64,000 bases of DNA from Leucoraja erinacea (GCF_028641065.1 NC_073405.1:13640001-13704000), one strand, 5' to 3'; numbered from the stretch's first letter, positions 27,202 through 43,289 are shown. Notes: generated by a model not told the origin, from the sequence alone. A program made the numbers and translations.

Positions 27202-28366
27202 GTAGGCTATGTAGTTATCGCCTCAGGCTGGCCGGCCACCCTAACCTACCGCCACACCTACACCCCTTGCTAACTCCCTCCACCCACTCTTTTCCCCACC
27301 CATACCCTCCTTCCGTCCCTTCCTAAACCCTCCACCCACTCTTCCCTTCCTTCTTGGATAGAGTGGATGTGGAGGCGATGTGCCTCAGAATTAAAAGATA
27401 TTCCTTTAGGAAGGAGATGAGGTGGAATTTCTTTAGTCAGAAGGTGATGAATCTGGAATTCTTTGGTCACAGAAGGCTGTGGAGGTCAAAATGGACATTG
27501 TTAAGGCAGAGATAGATTCTTGATTAGTACAGGTGTCAGATGTTTTGGGGCAAAGGCGGGAAATGGGGTTAGGAGGGAGAGATAGATCAGCCGTTATTGA
27601 ATGGCAGAGTAGACGTGATGGACCGAATGGTCCTATCACATGACACAACCTTCCCTCACTCCTTCTTCCCTATCCTAAACTGTTCACACTTCACCCCCTC
27701 TAACCCCTAAGATTTGCACCCTCCATCCACTTTCCCCCTGTTTTCATCACCGCTATCCCCCTCCACCCACTCTCTAATAACATCCTGCTTCTTTCACCAA
27801 CTATTCCCTCACCAACCCACAACTGCTTCCACCCTGGCCTGCCCTTCCTAAATCCCTCCCAACACTTTCCCGTAAACCCCACTAGCCCCTCCACCCACCT
27901 TTCCTGAGCTGTTGCAAGCCCTCTTCCCACCTGCACTTTCTAAACCACCTGCCCCCTCCACGCATTCTTCCCTAACCTTCCCCCAACGCATCCCACCGAT
28001 CTTTCCTCAAACCTCCTGCTGCCTCTACCCACTCTTGCCTCAACAAACTCCCCACACATCCACCTCCCTGTCCTAAACCCCCTCCACTCATTCTCCCCTT
28101 AATCTACCACCCATTCTTTCCTAAACTTTCGCCAACACTCACCTATCTGTCTTTGTTAAACACCCTGCCTCCTCTACCCACCCGTCCCTCACCAGCACAC
28201 AGCGATCCTCTCCACTCCCCTGAATGAGAGTTGCTGAGGTGGAGTGAGAAGATGAGAAATTCCCACCAGTGTGCCGGTTTTGAATTGCGTGTGAATGTTT
28301 CAGACTCTAGAGACCCCGGGTGCTTATTGTTCCTGGGAACAGGCTGGAAGCGCAAGATGTTGCTAA

Positions 28367-28516
<150 letters not shown>

Positions 28517-31500
28517 ATGCAGTGGCGGGTGGGTGGGGGTAGAGAGAAACTTTGAGAGATGGCCGCCATCACCCTGTACCCCTCGACAGCCGGGCAGTCC
28601 ATTGGTCAAAGGTATGAGGCTCGGGTGATCCAGGCCATACCCCGTACTCCTTTACAATGCAACCAGCATTTCTTGGCATTTTGAGCACAAAGCAAACGGT
28701 ACAACATGTGACCAGTTAGAAATGGGCATTTATCTTGCCAGATTACAAGGAAAGCTGTATGTGGAGAAAAGATTCTTTCTCCTTGCTGTTTCTCTGCGCC
28801 TGTGCGTGAGTGTACACCTTTAGTGCCCCCACGTCTTTGTTTTTCACTTCATGGCACGTGAAACCATTGAAGATCTCGTGTTCCGCAGTAGCTGTGTTCC
28901 TCTGATGGGTGGGGAAGGGATGCCTCCTTTCTGCCTGAGGGCAAGCGTTATATTCGGTGCGAGGGGTAGGGTTGAGTGCTAATTTGGTTAGTTGGGTGTA
29001 TCGATTCACAGCAGCAGAGGCACCTGGTGTCTCTGGGACTGAATCTTGTTGATCTTGTGTGTCCCCTCGCACGATATATCAGACGCAAAGACATCTCCCA
29101 TCTTGCACCTCTATACCATGCTTATATAATTACTCTTAGACAAACCATGTAATTCCTTTGGGTATTACCCCCAACCTTCACCCACACACAGACTCTTCGG
29201 AGTTGGAATTTGAAGGTATGTCTGGGGGAGGGATGAGATCGATGTTGGCACCGTGCGCTGGATTCATGCAGGGATGCTGATTATTTCCATCCCTCCTGTT
29301 ACCTCCCCCCTTGCCTCAGCTACCGTGGGCAGCAGTCGGCTCCCCACACATCCCACACTTCAAAACTGACAAACAGCAGCGCCTTTTAATATGTGGGAAT
29401 ATGTGGACGATAATGTGAATCAGGGTTTTGTCTCTGTTGCGAAATGTCCTGGTGATGTGAATATCAGTCCAGACCAGGATATGACTTAAGCAATTGCTAA
29501 GTGCATGTAGAGGCGAGAAACTTTCTCTCAGCCCAACTGTTGTGGCTGAGCTGTTATTTGGAGTGTCCCTGTGAACCTGTCACTGACACAGGCTTTCCCG
29601 TGGTCCAGAGCTGACTGGGATAAGAGGGAAGGAGGCTTGGCTTTACACTGAATCTCATTGGGTTGGAGGGTGACCTGGCCTTGTGCTCCCTGACCCGCTG
29701 AGTAAGTCGAGCTTTCTTGAATGGGACCGTAATTAGATGATGGCTCAGTAATTGATAATCGAGTTGTATTTAATTCTGGGCAGCGAGCTGATGACAGGCA
29801 GAATCACTCGATAACTGAGATGGAGACGCACTTGTGGTACAGCAGCCACTGTAGAAGTATCAACACCAACGCGTGGCTCCTTCCAATCTCTACAAACTTG
29901 TAAATTGCAGACATTTTAACTCGCTGCTTTCCTCTAACCTGTGAATAATCTTTTGACATTAAGGCAGATTTTTTCCCCCCCCCAATTTTTGATACAAATT
30001 AGTCATTAGTAAGACTGAAAATATTTTGCCAGCTGTCCTTGTTTGTTAGAGATTTTGTTTGTGTTTAATTGGTTAGCTGGAATGACGTATTTAATTCCAC
30101 CAAAGTATCCTCCTAAGTTAATATTTTTGTGTGCATTTTTGCACTACGGTGATGGAAGTGTAATGGCAGAGTTTGTATGCCCTGACAATTGGATCCAGTC
30201 AGCCTAGTTCCGCTCTTTTGTCACAAGGGGCTGTTTTTGTAGCCAATCTCAATCCCAACCCCAACTCGTGTTCCCAGGGTCTACAGTTGTGGTGGTGATT
30301 TAGTGAGTGCACAGCGTACACCAGTGCAAGAGAGAACAGTCCCACCTCCCATCACCACTCTGCATTCAGATCCCAGTAGGGGCGGTTAATGTGTGGGTTG
30401 TCCATTGTGTTGGGTAAAACAGTCCTGTTCCTAGTAGCAGTCCACTCTCATCCGATGGGAAATCTGATTGTGTGCATGTGTAAAACAATCCCGTCCCTTG
30501 TTTAAAAGGCACGCATGTGTTCCTCACCCCAACATTCTGAACATCTTTCAGCGTGCTAACTTTTCCTTCTGTTGGATTTGGGGTGTTGAGAAAGTTGTCT
30601 CTCATTGACGTAGAGCCTCAGATTCTCTATAATGCAATGTACATAACTAATGTTTACGCTGGTGTACAAGTTTCAGTTTGTCCTGATTTTCATTTGGATC
30701 TTTAAAGAATATGACATTCAGGACTCTGGAAGGATGGTAGATATGGGGGTGAAATGGTACCCACTGCATTCTAGCCAAGGAGGTCCATCACACGTGACTA
30801 TGTGGCGGTATTCTTCTCTGGTCTTTCCTGGGAGAGTTGTGTTCTTTGCTGCCTGTGCTTACTGCTCACAAGATAAATAGATGTTCTTTGTCCGTGAGAG
30901 CAGACCAGTCCCAATGCCATCTCTCCCACCTCTATTTGTGAATGAAAGATGGTTGTTTTTATTGGAATATTTGAAGACTGCTTGGGTTGCTGTGGGCAGC
31001 CATATTCCACGTGTTATAAGTTAATATATTCCCAGGCCAAGTGATCGCTCTGTCGAGAATTCATGTCTGCCTTGACTAATTGGGAATCCCACACTTTATT
31101 AGAAATAAAGAGACCTGTAATAACTCCACCATGTTGTACCACCATTCCATCTTCTCCCCTCCCTCTCTCAAAGATGTCACCTGGAGGAGTGCAGGTCTGT
31201 GGGGAGGGGTTTGATGCAGCCTTACAGACAGCTTGCATCTGTCTTTGTTGTGGGAACCCTCCCTCGAGAGTACACACGCCAAGCTGGGTTAGAGCAACAT
31301 GGTCGTCACCTTTTGGGTTTGTATTCAGGGAGTGGTTTTAAAGGAAAGGTCAAGAAAGGACTTCACATAGGTTATACATTGAAGGAACCACAGCCTTCGG
31401 GAGAATGTGCCTCGTTTGGATGTTCAGTGACATGTTGATACCAAATATTGTAGCCAGCTTAACGTTGGCAGCAGTCGCTCGGGTTGAGGGAACTTCACAG

Positions 31501-31997
31501 ATCCTTTGGCCCACGAATCCCTTTTAGATTTGATCCCTGCCCCCACCGCCACCACCACCGCTCTCACCAAGCTCTCAGAATTATTGCCCAGTGGCCGGGG
31601 AAAGAGTGAGCGACGGAGAGAGGTTTTTTTTCTGAAATGAATGCACCAACGCAAAGTACCTCAAGAACACATTGTCAAGAGAGTGAAAGATTGTTTCACC
31701 GATGGAGCCACATTCGGAGCGAGGAGATAACTGCACAAGACAAACTCTCACACAAAATAATTTTTATCTTCATTTTTTTGTCACAAGCGAATTTATATTG
31801 GGGTGACTGGAACTGCAAGAGCCGTTACAGATCTGTCGATACTTTTTGGACCTTCTATTTACTGTGACTATAATCTCTAATAGAACAAACTTACAGAGAA
31901 ATTGCTGCAAGAAGCCTATTCCCACTGGAGAATTTCAATCCATGTTTGAAATGGATGATGTATATTGTATTGAGGGATTTTTAGAATTTGAATGACA

Positions 31998-32003
31998 AAT
32001 AAA
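31998..32003 (+). terminator. GATAD2A: Probable GATAD2A polyadenylation signal
   Basis: AATAAA followed by a GT-rich downstream element (about 32028-32065), at the end of a repeat-poor stretch of about 3.5 kb after the stop codon. Confidence 0.55.
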
Positions 32004-32189
32004 CAGGACAAACAGCATGCTGGCATGGTTGTCTGATCCTCTTGGTGTTTGGTGTTGCTTTGGTGCTTTCTAAACTTGTGCGCATGAAAGTGAAGAGTCA
32101 GTAACGGCAACAACCTCTCTGTTGTCGGCTTCCAATGTGGAGCATTCTCAGGTAAGATGCACACTATGCTGATAAAAACGTAACACAAC

Positions 32190-32610
32190 CCACTACACTG
32201 TCCCATCACACACTCCCCAGGATCAGAACAGCATGGGACATAGGAACAGTTAGAGTTTAGAACTCCACTTTGCTGACCCATGGCACACAACAAATTTTAG
32301 AACAGCGTGGATTACATAAAATTAAAGCACCCTCCTCGTTACCCAACACACACTGAGGATGGGAATATCATGGATTACATACAAATGAAAGCTCTTTCAT
32401 CACTGACTGATCACACACTCTTGAGGATAGAATGGTGTGGATTGCATACAGATTAAAACTCCCCTCATACTCCTGTCAAACCTGCAGGGAGGTACAGCAG
32501 ACAGGCCCAGCACAAAGCTCTTCCTACATGGGGTCATCAAGCACTCCCACAGAGGAGCTGTGTGTATTAGATGCTGACTAAAATTCCTTTCATACTGACA
32601 TCAAACGGTA
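32190..32610 (+). repeat. Degenerate tandem array, unit about 65 bp
   Basis: Recurrent unit resembling cactgtcccatcacacactcc..agga..aacagcatggattacataca..taaagctc, about 6-7 copies. Confidence 0.6.
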
Positions 32611-33068
32611 CACAATGAAGTACACTATGGTGTAGTGAGGACAGTGCAAATCCTTCAGTGAAGCAAGCTGATGTACAATTGGCTGCCAGAGATGGAGGAA
32701 CAGTGATGGGTCGAATGGAAAAGCTCAATGCAGGTGTGTGGAGACAGTGAAGACATTGACAAAAGAGGTGACAATATTTACATTCTATTACAAATGGGCC
32801 GGGACAACAAGGTCAGTATGCAGAGGCAGAGGAGAGTGTTCTCATGAATGCTGAGAATAGTGGGACTGGGACTAGGGTCAAGATCTCAACTAATAACACT
32901 GAGACCAGTGGCAAGTGGGGATTTAAATTCAAGTAATTGAATTAATCTAGAACCAAAGGCTCTTGAATAGGGACTGCAACTATCACGTGCTAAAAACCCC
33001 ATTGTATGGTAGAGTTGCTACTTCATGGCGTCGGAGAACCGGGTTCAATGCTGACCTCTGGTGCTGTC

Positions 33069-33449
33069 CAAAGATCCTATAGCGAGCAAGATGGTCCACT
33101 TGACGAAAAAGACATAGTACGGCCATGGGCAGATTCATGGGTAATTTAAGGCCCCATTTCTGTATCCGGCTTCCGTCACCGCACCAAAGATCCCATAGGA
33201 TAATAGTGCGGAGATGGAAGCCGGTTACGGAAGCATCCTTGTAAAAATAAAAGCTATTTGGTAAAAAACTTCTCATTTTCAGAATTTTAATTTATTAACA
33301 CAAACTGTTCCCCGGCAACGTTCATTACACTGCGAGTCGAGTCGGTTATGGAAATGGATGAAAAAAATGCCCACGTTCCGTAGAGTACTACACGTCAGCC
33401 CATTGCATTTAGCACGAGTGGTCCATCTTGCTCCGCTATAGGATCTTTG
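33069..33449. mobile_element. hAT-type MITE inserted in a SINE
   Basis: About 32-bp TIRs caaagatcctatagcg(g)agcaagatgg(t/a)ccact; 8-bp TSD gtgctgtc / gtgcggtc (1 mismatch). Confidence 0.85.
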
Positions 33450-34749
33450 GTGCGGTCTGTGTGGAATTTGCATATTCTTCCTGTGACTTGGTTTCCCACG
33501 CCAAGTTTTTTTTACACAGGTGGTGGAAAGCGCTGCAGGTGTGGTTGAGGCAGATGCGATGGTGGTGTTTAAGAGGCTTTTAGAGTGGCACATGGATATG
33601 CAGGGAATGGAGGGATATGAATCACATGCCAGCAGAAAGTAGTTCAACTGGGCAACATGGTTGATGCAGACTTTGTGTCTTCCTGTGTTCCATGATGTAT
33701 ATCTATGATGTTCTAAGTTCTGTGTTGTTGCAACGTCCAAGCCATGGACAATTGTCAGATACAATTTGCCTTGCTGCCTCCTACAGCTGTATCTGAGCAT
33801 CAGAGGAGAATGGGTGCTGGCCCGACATGGACGCAGGTGATGATTAGAATGAATGAGTGTGGGCACCCTAAGGCTTTGAGATGAATTAAAAAATGAGAAC
33901 AATTAGTTCAGATTCCAGGGACAAAGTTGCTCTGATGCCCACTATACTGAGCCCGGGATAGAGACATGCCACTCTAAGACACATAAGAAGGGAATTACAC
34001 TTCAGGTTTCAACAGTACAGCACAGGAACAGGCCCGAAGAAGGATTCTGACCTGAAATGTCATCTATTTTCTCCAGGGATGCTGCCTGACCCACTGAGAG
34101 TCCAGTATTTTATCTCTTTCCTTGGGCCCACCATGTCTGTGCTGACCATGATGCCAATCTAAAATAATCTCATCTGCCTGCACATGATCCATATCCCTTC
34201 ATTCCTTGAATATCCATGTGCCTGTCTAAAAGCTTAAACACCATCATATCTGCTTCCACCACCACCCCTGGCAGCACCTTCCAGGTACCCACCTCCAGTA
34301 GGTGTGGGGAAAAACTTGCTGAACTAATTTCATTTAAAATTTGCCCCTCTCATCTTAAAGGTATGCCCTCTAGTCTTTGGCATTTACGTCCTGGGCGAAA
34401 GGTTCTACTCAATCCTATCAATGCCTCATAATGTTGTATGCTTCTCTCAGGTGGGAGGGGAGGGGAGAGGAGCACATGGTTCCAATGTATGTGCTACAAC
34501 TTCCCAGTAACAGCGGGATCATTTCCACAAAGGTGTGGGGAGGGCGGGCAGAACCCCTTGGATGAACAATGCTCCCTCTCTTCCCCCCAATAGTCACCAA
34601 GAGCAGGGAAGGGGCTTATTGATGGTGGAATTGACCAGGGATATTGATGGTGGAATCGTCTAATTATTAATTCTGGAGCAGCTAGTAAAATCCACTCTAA
34701 CATCACCAGCCCGGCATCGGGATAACCGAAGCGCTGGCTGCATGTCATA

Positions 34750-35640
34750 TTGCATGAAAACAGGCTCTTTAGCCAACTAGCCCATGCCAACCAAGATGCC
34801 CCATCTATACTAGTCCTGCATGCCTGCGTCTGGCCCATATCCCTCTCAACTTTTCCTATCCATGTACCTTTCCAAATGTCTTTAAAAAGTTGTCCTTCAA
34901 ATACCTCTGGCAACTCGTTCTATGTACCCACCACCCTCTGTGTTAAAAACATTCCTATTAAATCTTTCTCCCCTCGCCTTCAACCTATATTCTTTGGTTC
35001 TTAATTTCCCTACTCTGGATAGAAAAACCTTGCGTTTCCCTCATACATCACTATAAGATCAACACTCAGCCTCTTGCGCACCAAGGAATAACGTTAAAAA
35101 TAGGAATAAATAATAGACTTCCCAACCTCTCACTACAGATCAGTTCCTCAAGTCCTGGCAACATCTGTGTAAATCTCTGCACTCTTTCCAACTTAACTAT
35201 ATGCTTTCTATAGCATGGTAATCAAATCTGAACACAATATTCCAAATATGGCCTCACCATTCTCTCATACAACTGTAACTCAAACATGGTAACTCAAATT
35301 TCACTGTACCTTTGTTGGTTAAGTGATGATAAATGCCAACTTGAACATAAGATACCAACTTCTATTATCGGTACCCTGACTGATGAAGGCCAACATGCTA
35401 AAAGCCTTGATATCCTATCTACCAATGACACCACTTTCAAGGAACTGTACCAGTGTAGAACCCTCTGCTCGACAACATTGCTCGGGGCCCTGCCATTCAC
35501 TGTGAAGGTCCTGACCCCTGGTTTGACTTTCAAAAATGCAACACCTTGCACTTATCTGCATTAAACTTCATTAACCATTCCTTCACCCACTTGAGCAAGC
35601 TGATCAAGATCCTGCTATAATTTTTGATAACCATCATCAC
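34750..35640 (-). mobile_element. Old CR1-type LINE fragment
   Basis: Degenerate homology to CR1 RT C-terminus and 3' UTR. Confidence 0.6.
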
Positions 35641-37958
35641 TAATGTTTGCAAACATTTACTCATCTATTCGTGTATTCCTGCAGCAGGGACTGAGCTGAC
35701 TGCTGTTCTCTTCCTGCCAAGCTACCAGAAATCACCAGCTTTGCCCACTTCTTGCTGGCTCACAAAATGGCGAAGCCTTATTCCCTTCACCAAGTTGGGC
35801 CATGCAATGGCAGGGGGTGGGTGGTAATGTTCAGCCTTGGGCAGAGAGAGCACTCTGCTGGATACCACTAGAATGGACAAATCACTTAGTCAACCAGGTT
35901 GGATCACAGAGCTGTATGGCACAGGATTAAGCCCTTCAGCCCACCTTGTCCATGCTGAATAAGTTGGCATACTTGCCTGTTTCCGATTGCATGCATTCCA
36001 TTTATATATGTCCAAATGTATTTTAAAAGCTAATTTTATCTACTTCTATAGCTTACCTTGGCAGTTTGATGTAGATACAGATTACCCTCTGGGTGTTGAG
36101 GAGAGAGGGAAGTAGAGGTCACAGAGGGATCATCATTAATGCAACCACATGGTGGGGAACACTCACACTGGGCTCAAGCATTCAATCGCACAAAGCAACC
36201 TACGATGGAGCTTCCCTCAAAGTGGACAAGTGCTGGGGTAACAGCATTCTGGCAACATCTCTGGAGAACATCGAGAGGTTATGTTTCAATCGGGATGCTT
36301 TTATCTGCAACGTGCTCTAATCATGCTCTCCAGTACTCCAGCACCTTGTGTCTTATTTTGTAAACCAGCATCTGCAATTCCTTGTGTCTCAATTTTCCAA
36401 ATGAGTCTCTACAGAGAGGTTCTTCGGGGCTTCCCCATCAAACATGCCTGGGCTACAGGTTAGACACAAAGCGAGGCTCATCCATCGAGCGTCTGGGTCA
36501 GGGACACAGCAAAGGTCTGCTCACACAGTCCTGTTGCATATTTGCACAGCATAGGTCAAATACAGAATAAACAAGGGAGGTGGTTTTAGGAATGTAGCCA
36601 GTGATGGAAACACAGTAGGGGAGAATGGAACACCTTCACCTTTGAGCTCTGTGGCATCTGTCTGACAGTGTTTTGGACCAACAACAATGCAATCAGAAGG
36701 CAAGTACGGTTTGGCCTGATCCGCTGAGTTACTACAGCACTTTGTGTCTTTTTAACCTTGGCAAGCACCAGGACCCATTACAATTGGCCTTTTGCAGCAA
36801 AAGATCAACAGGGGGGCCTCTCCCCTTGCCCTGTCTGTCATCCTCCTTTCCATTCTCCCTCCCCCTCATTGCCACTCTGCCCCTCTGTCTCACCCACTGG
36901 TCCACCCACTGTCCTTCAGCTGCCTCTTACATCTCTTGTACAAGTGATTGCAATGTTTCTTGCTCTCACTCTGTCCACCACCTCCTGACAATATATGGCT
37001 TAGGAGCCAAGTGATTGGAATTGGATGAAGACCACATTCTGCTCCCTCCCCAAGATCCAGGCAGTGACCATTTAGCAGTAGCAGTGGCTCAGTGAATTGG
37101 GGGGCTCCCATCTTTGTGTCTGATAGTTGTGGGTTAAAATCCTGCTCCAGTGACAACATCCACGCCTCCACTCCAGGGGCAGTTCAGAGGAGGCGACTTG
37201 ACTCTGGCTGAAATTTGAACCAAATTCTTCCACTCGCACCCCCCTCGGGAAGGATCCAGTTACAAGTGCTGGGAGTTCTCTGTAGTGGAGAATCAACCAG
37301 CACATCACTACTCATGGAGACCCGCTGGCCTTAAATTGACTCGCAGATTTCCTTGAGTTACATTTATGAACACTCTGTAAAATGCATTGTGTTGATGATA
37401 GGCCACAATTAAATGTTATCTTTCTTTAATCTATATTTGGACGTGTGGATAGGAAGGGTTTAGAGGGATGTGGTTCAAATGCAGGCAAATGGGACTAGCC
37501 CAGAATGCCAATTTAGACAGCATGGACAAAGTGGGATTAAGGGCCTGTTTCCATGCTGTTGAAATCTACGATTTATCTTTTAACTCTTTTTTTTCTTTAA
37601 TCTGTAATCCTTCTTTCTAATTCCTTAATCCCCTTCTCCAACCTCTCCTTAATCTCTCTAATTTATTTTGTTAATCTCTCTCACTTTCTAATCTCCCTCA
37701 TCCTCTAATCTCTCTCTGCCACTTTGATCTCTCTTTTACTAATCTTTCCCTCCCTCTCTCTCTTTCTTTCTCTCTCTTTCGTTGCTGTGAAATCTAATCA
37801 TTTGGAAAGGTGGTGTAACTGACCCAGTTTTAACCTGATGGATAACTGCAGCCAAGACACCAATCTTTGAGACTAATTTACCAGCTGCAGATCTAGACAA
37901 TGCCCAGGGCAATAATGCAACAAGGATCCTGAATTGAGCCACTTTAGAGCATATTCCT

Positions 37959-38864
<906 letters not shown>

Positions 38865-38885
38865 TCACGCATCATCCCCATCACC

Positions 38886-38892
38886 TTTTATA
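38886..38892 (-). promoter_or_regulatory. TATA box of the TSSK6-like copy
   Basis: TATAAAA on the minus strand about 115 bp upstream of the ATG; context tttatagac is shared with the other copy. Confidence 0.55.
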
Positions 38893-41627
38893 GACATGTG
38901 ACTGGAAATGCCTCTGCAAAAATATTGGCTGCACTGACTTTGCAGTTAAATATAAATTGAAGCGTCACTCCCCTCAGATATCTTTTCCAAAGTCTAACAA
39001 AGGATCTGTGCCTCCTGCCGGGAGGCCAAGAGCTCCGGAGAAGAATCAAACTCCATGCATTCCAAGATGCAATTAAGCTAGCGTTTGCTTCAAGAAAGAA
39101 CAATAAGGAATGTACCTCCAACCCCCCACACTAAACATAGAATGCGTGGTTGGGACGTGTGAAGTATCTGTCTTGCCTTTCACCGGTGGGATGACTTCGG
39201 ACCCTTGACCTGACACTCGATACTTATGAGGTCACCCCCATCAATGAAGTGAAGGGTCGAGGGTGCTGCTAGCAGGAGGCTGACTGCTCAGTGGACAGGA
39301 TTTTCTACCGCAACTTCTTTTCTAGTTGGGTGAATCTTGTGGATTCTAACTGTGGTCTCGACAAACATTGGCTTCTGTCCCTCTGCTCCTTCCACCTGTT
39401 GCCCAGGATCTCCTGGAAACACTCCTCTGATGCCGCAACTGACACCGTGAGTGGACGTTTCTGAAAGGATGTGGCAATTGTCTTGCCCTCAGCCACAATC
39501 AATCGGGGAGGAAGATTTATGCTAAACATTCAGCAACAGGGAAAGTTCTTTTGAAGCAAGGAGTTGATCTGATTTGAGTCACATTTAGTTCTCTGTGCTG
39601 TGCGACCTTTTTCATTCCATGTTCATTTCAAACAGGGGATTATAACTTTGGGGTGTCCTGTTAAAGTGAAGAAAGTTCACCATGAAGAAACTTTAAATGA
39701 AACGATCTGAAGAGGTTCACTTACCTTTTGAGGTGCTTCAAACAAGACCTCAATAAGAGTCCTGTTGTTCTAAGTTGTTATTACCATTTGGCCATTGTTA
39801 ACTCCTTGTTTACAACAGTCCCTCTGTCTGTGGAGCAGGACGTCAGCAACCACCTCATAGAATCATAGACACATACAGCACAAGAATGGACCCCTTGGTC
39901 CACTATGACCATGGCTGAATGTCCAGAGGAACCACTGACGTCAGTGTAGGTTTGGCAATGGACGTTCCTCCAGTATGTGAGGAAGGTCAAGAGGAGACCA
40001 GGGCCACGGTCTGGAGAACAAGTTGGAGCAGAGGCAGTTTTGTGACAGACCTTGGTTTGAACACTATGGAAACCATAAGAAACAGAGTGTGTCTGAGGAT
40101 CAGTACCACCTGATGTCAGCGTGAGAAGAGATGCACCAAATACACTGCACTGGAGAGAAGAGGTGAGATAATAGCTACCTGCTAGATCCCACCCTTCCTG
40201 TAATGATGAAAGGAGAGCTTTTTGAGATGTGAGTGTGGAAGGGAGTTGGAGAGGAGAGGAGCTGAGGCCTGGGTTAGACTAGCCATGACCACATTGAATG
40301 GCGGGGCAGGTTTGAGGGGCCACCCTTGTTTGAGTCTGGGTGGTGGAACTTCCTCCTGGGAGATGTGAGAGAAGATCTGACCCTCAGCTGTCGACTCCTT
40401 GCTTGTGTTGGGTGGTTAGAGAGGATCGGACTCGCTGTCAGACCCAAGAACACCACTCCCATGATCAGTCAAATAGTGTTTCAGTTCCTCCAATGCTAGG
40501 GGTTTTGAACATGTCTCCCCTCAATGGATGACCTCAGGCCCAGTAGGACAAGCCCATCTTAATAGGAAGCCACACTCTAAGGGGCAGAGCAGAGCTGGTG
40601 ACCCGGACCAACAATGATCCTTCCGCCACCACTGGTGACACAGATAATCCAGTCAATATTGTGTTGGAGCTTACTGTGCATATATTGCCAGTATAGCAAA
40701 GGCAACCCTGCCAAACTGAACTATATCCTGTACTCTGTATCGCTTTGCTCTATCTATTGTGCTTGAGTTTGACTTGATTGTAGTGATCTATAGTATTGTC
40801 TGTTTTGTTTGGATAGCATGAAAAATAAAACTTGTCACTGTACCTGTCACTGTACCATGTGACAATAATAAAATTGAACCTATCTGGCAATGGAATGCCT
40901 GAGGTTGTGAAAAGTGCTATAAGAATGCAGTTTAATATCTGCACCAGTTTTCCAAATTGGCTGGTGGGTTGCATCTCCAGTGCCATCCCTGGGAACATTG
41001 CACAAGACTCTGACGGTGAATATCTACGGCAGAGGGGCCCACCTGAGGAAGGGCCATCTCGATGTCCCTCCACTGGCTAGTGTGGACACCCCTGGCTGCG
41101 AGGTTTTCCTCAGCATCTCTAGGACTGGCTCTCGGACAGACCGGCTGGAGTCCCCCAGAGATCTTAGGATTGGGCCTTTCAGCTCCTTATGTCTATGTAA
41201 ACCAGAGATTGACTGCGTAGACATCTCCTACTTCCCTGCTCCTAGCCATGCATTTCATGGCTGCTCTGAGCTTACAATTACTTTCTGGTTTTCTGTTTCT
41301 ACAAGCGTACTGGTAATGGAGGAAGATATACGACAATGGTGTTTAAGATGCTTTTAGATAGGGACTTGGATATGCAGGGAATGGAGAGATATTCAGGCAG
41401 AGGGTCTAACTTGCTATCATGTTCAACATGGGCATTGTGGACTGAAGTGCCTGCTTGACTCCCGAGGTCCAAACAGCAATAAACTCCATCGGGAACTCTG
41501 ATGTCAAACTGATCCAGTCAGTGAGTGGGGCGAGTGTGGGATTCATCCCAAAGTGAGGGTCTAGAGAGAACAGCAGAGAGTGTAGAGTAGGAAGTAAGAA
41601 CAAATATGGGAGAGAGAGGGATAGAAG

Positions 41628-41840
41628 GAAGATAGACACAAAAAGCTGGAATAACTCAGCGGGACAGTAACTCAGCATCTCCGGAGAGAAGGAAAGGGTG
41701 ACGTTTTGGGTCGAGATGGTCTGAAGAAGGGTCTTGACCCAAAACATCACCCTTCTCTCAAGAGATGTTGCCTGTCCCGGTGAGTTACTCCAGCTTTTAG
41801 TGTCTCGGTTTAAACCAGCATCTGCAGTTCCTTCTTTCAC
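41628..41840. mobile_element. Palindromic Penelope-pLTR-derived mini-element
   Basis: A reverse copy and a forward copy fused at the hammerhead stem (gggtcgagat|ggtctgaagaaggg). Confidence 0.75.
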
Positions 41841-41864
41841 GATGGAGAGAAGGAGATGGTTTAG

Positions 41865-42175
41865 AATTTAGTTCAGAGAAACGGCGTGGAAACAGGCCAT
41901 ACGGCCCATAGAATCTACACTGACCATCTGTTCACATTAGTTTTATGTCATCCCACCACTCCCTGAACACAGGAACAATTTCCAGAGGCTAACTAACCTA
42001 CAAACCTGCACATCTTTGGGATGTGGGAGGAAACCAGAGCACCTGGAGGAAACCCACACCGTCACAGGGCGAATGTACAAACTCCACACAGACAGCACCC
42101 ACTAGTCAGGATCGAACCTGGGTCTCTGGCGCTGTGAGGCAGCAGCTCTACCAGCTACACCACCGTACTGCCACG
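41865..42175 (-). mobile_element. tRNA-derived SINE, same family
   Basis: Reverse-complement homology with 48191-48505; B-box ggttcgatcc. Confidence 0.8.
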
Positions 42176-42371
42176 GCAATGAGGATCTGTGGGAAGAAAG
42201 CCCGGAGTCCACTCTACCGTTCCTTGGGAAGCGGTGTGTGCAATCAAAGTTTAATTACAACTTACAAAATAAGTTTGTTCACTTTCAAAGGTTTAATTGA
42301 GAATGGTTTAGATAGGTCGTTATGGTAACACTACGCGGAAATTAACAGTGGCTGCCCTCGGGGCTGTGCTC

Positions 42372-43289
<918 letters not shown>

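Noticed and set aside
32190-32610. Regularly spaced repeats as a CRISPR-like array
   Set aside because: Whole units are degenerate copies with no unique spacers; vertebrate context and no cas genes
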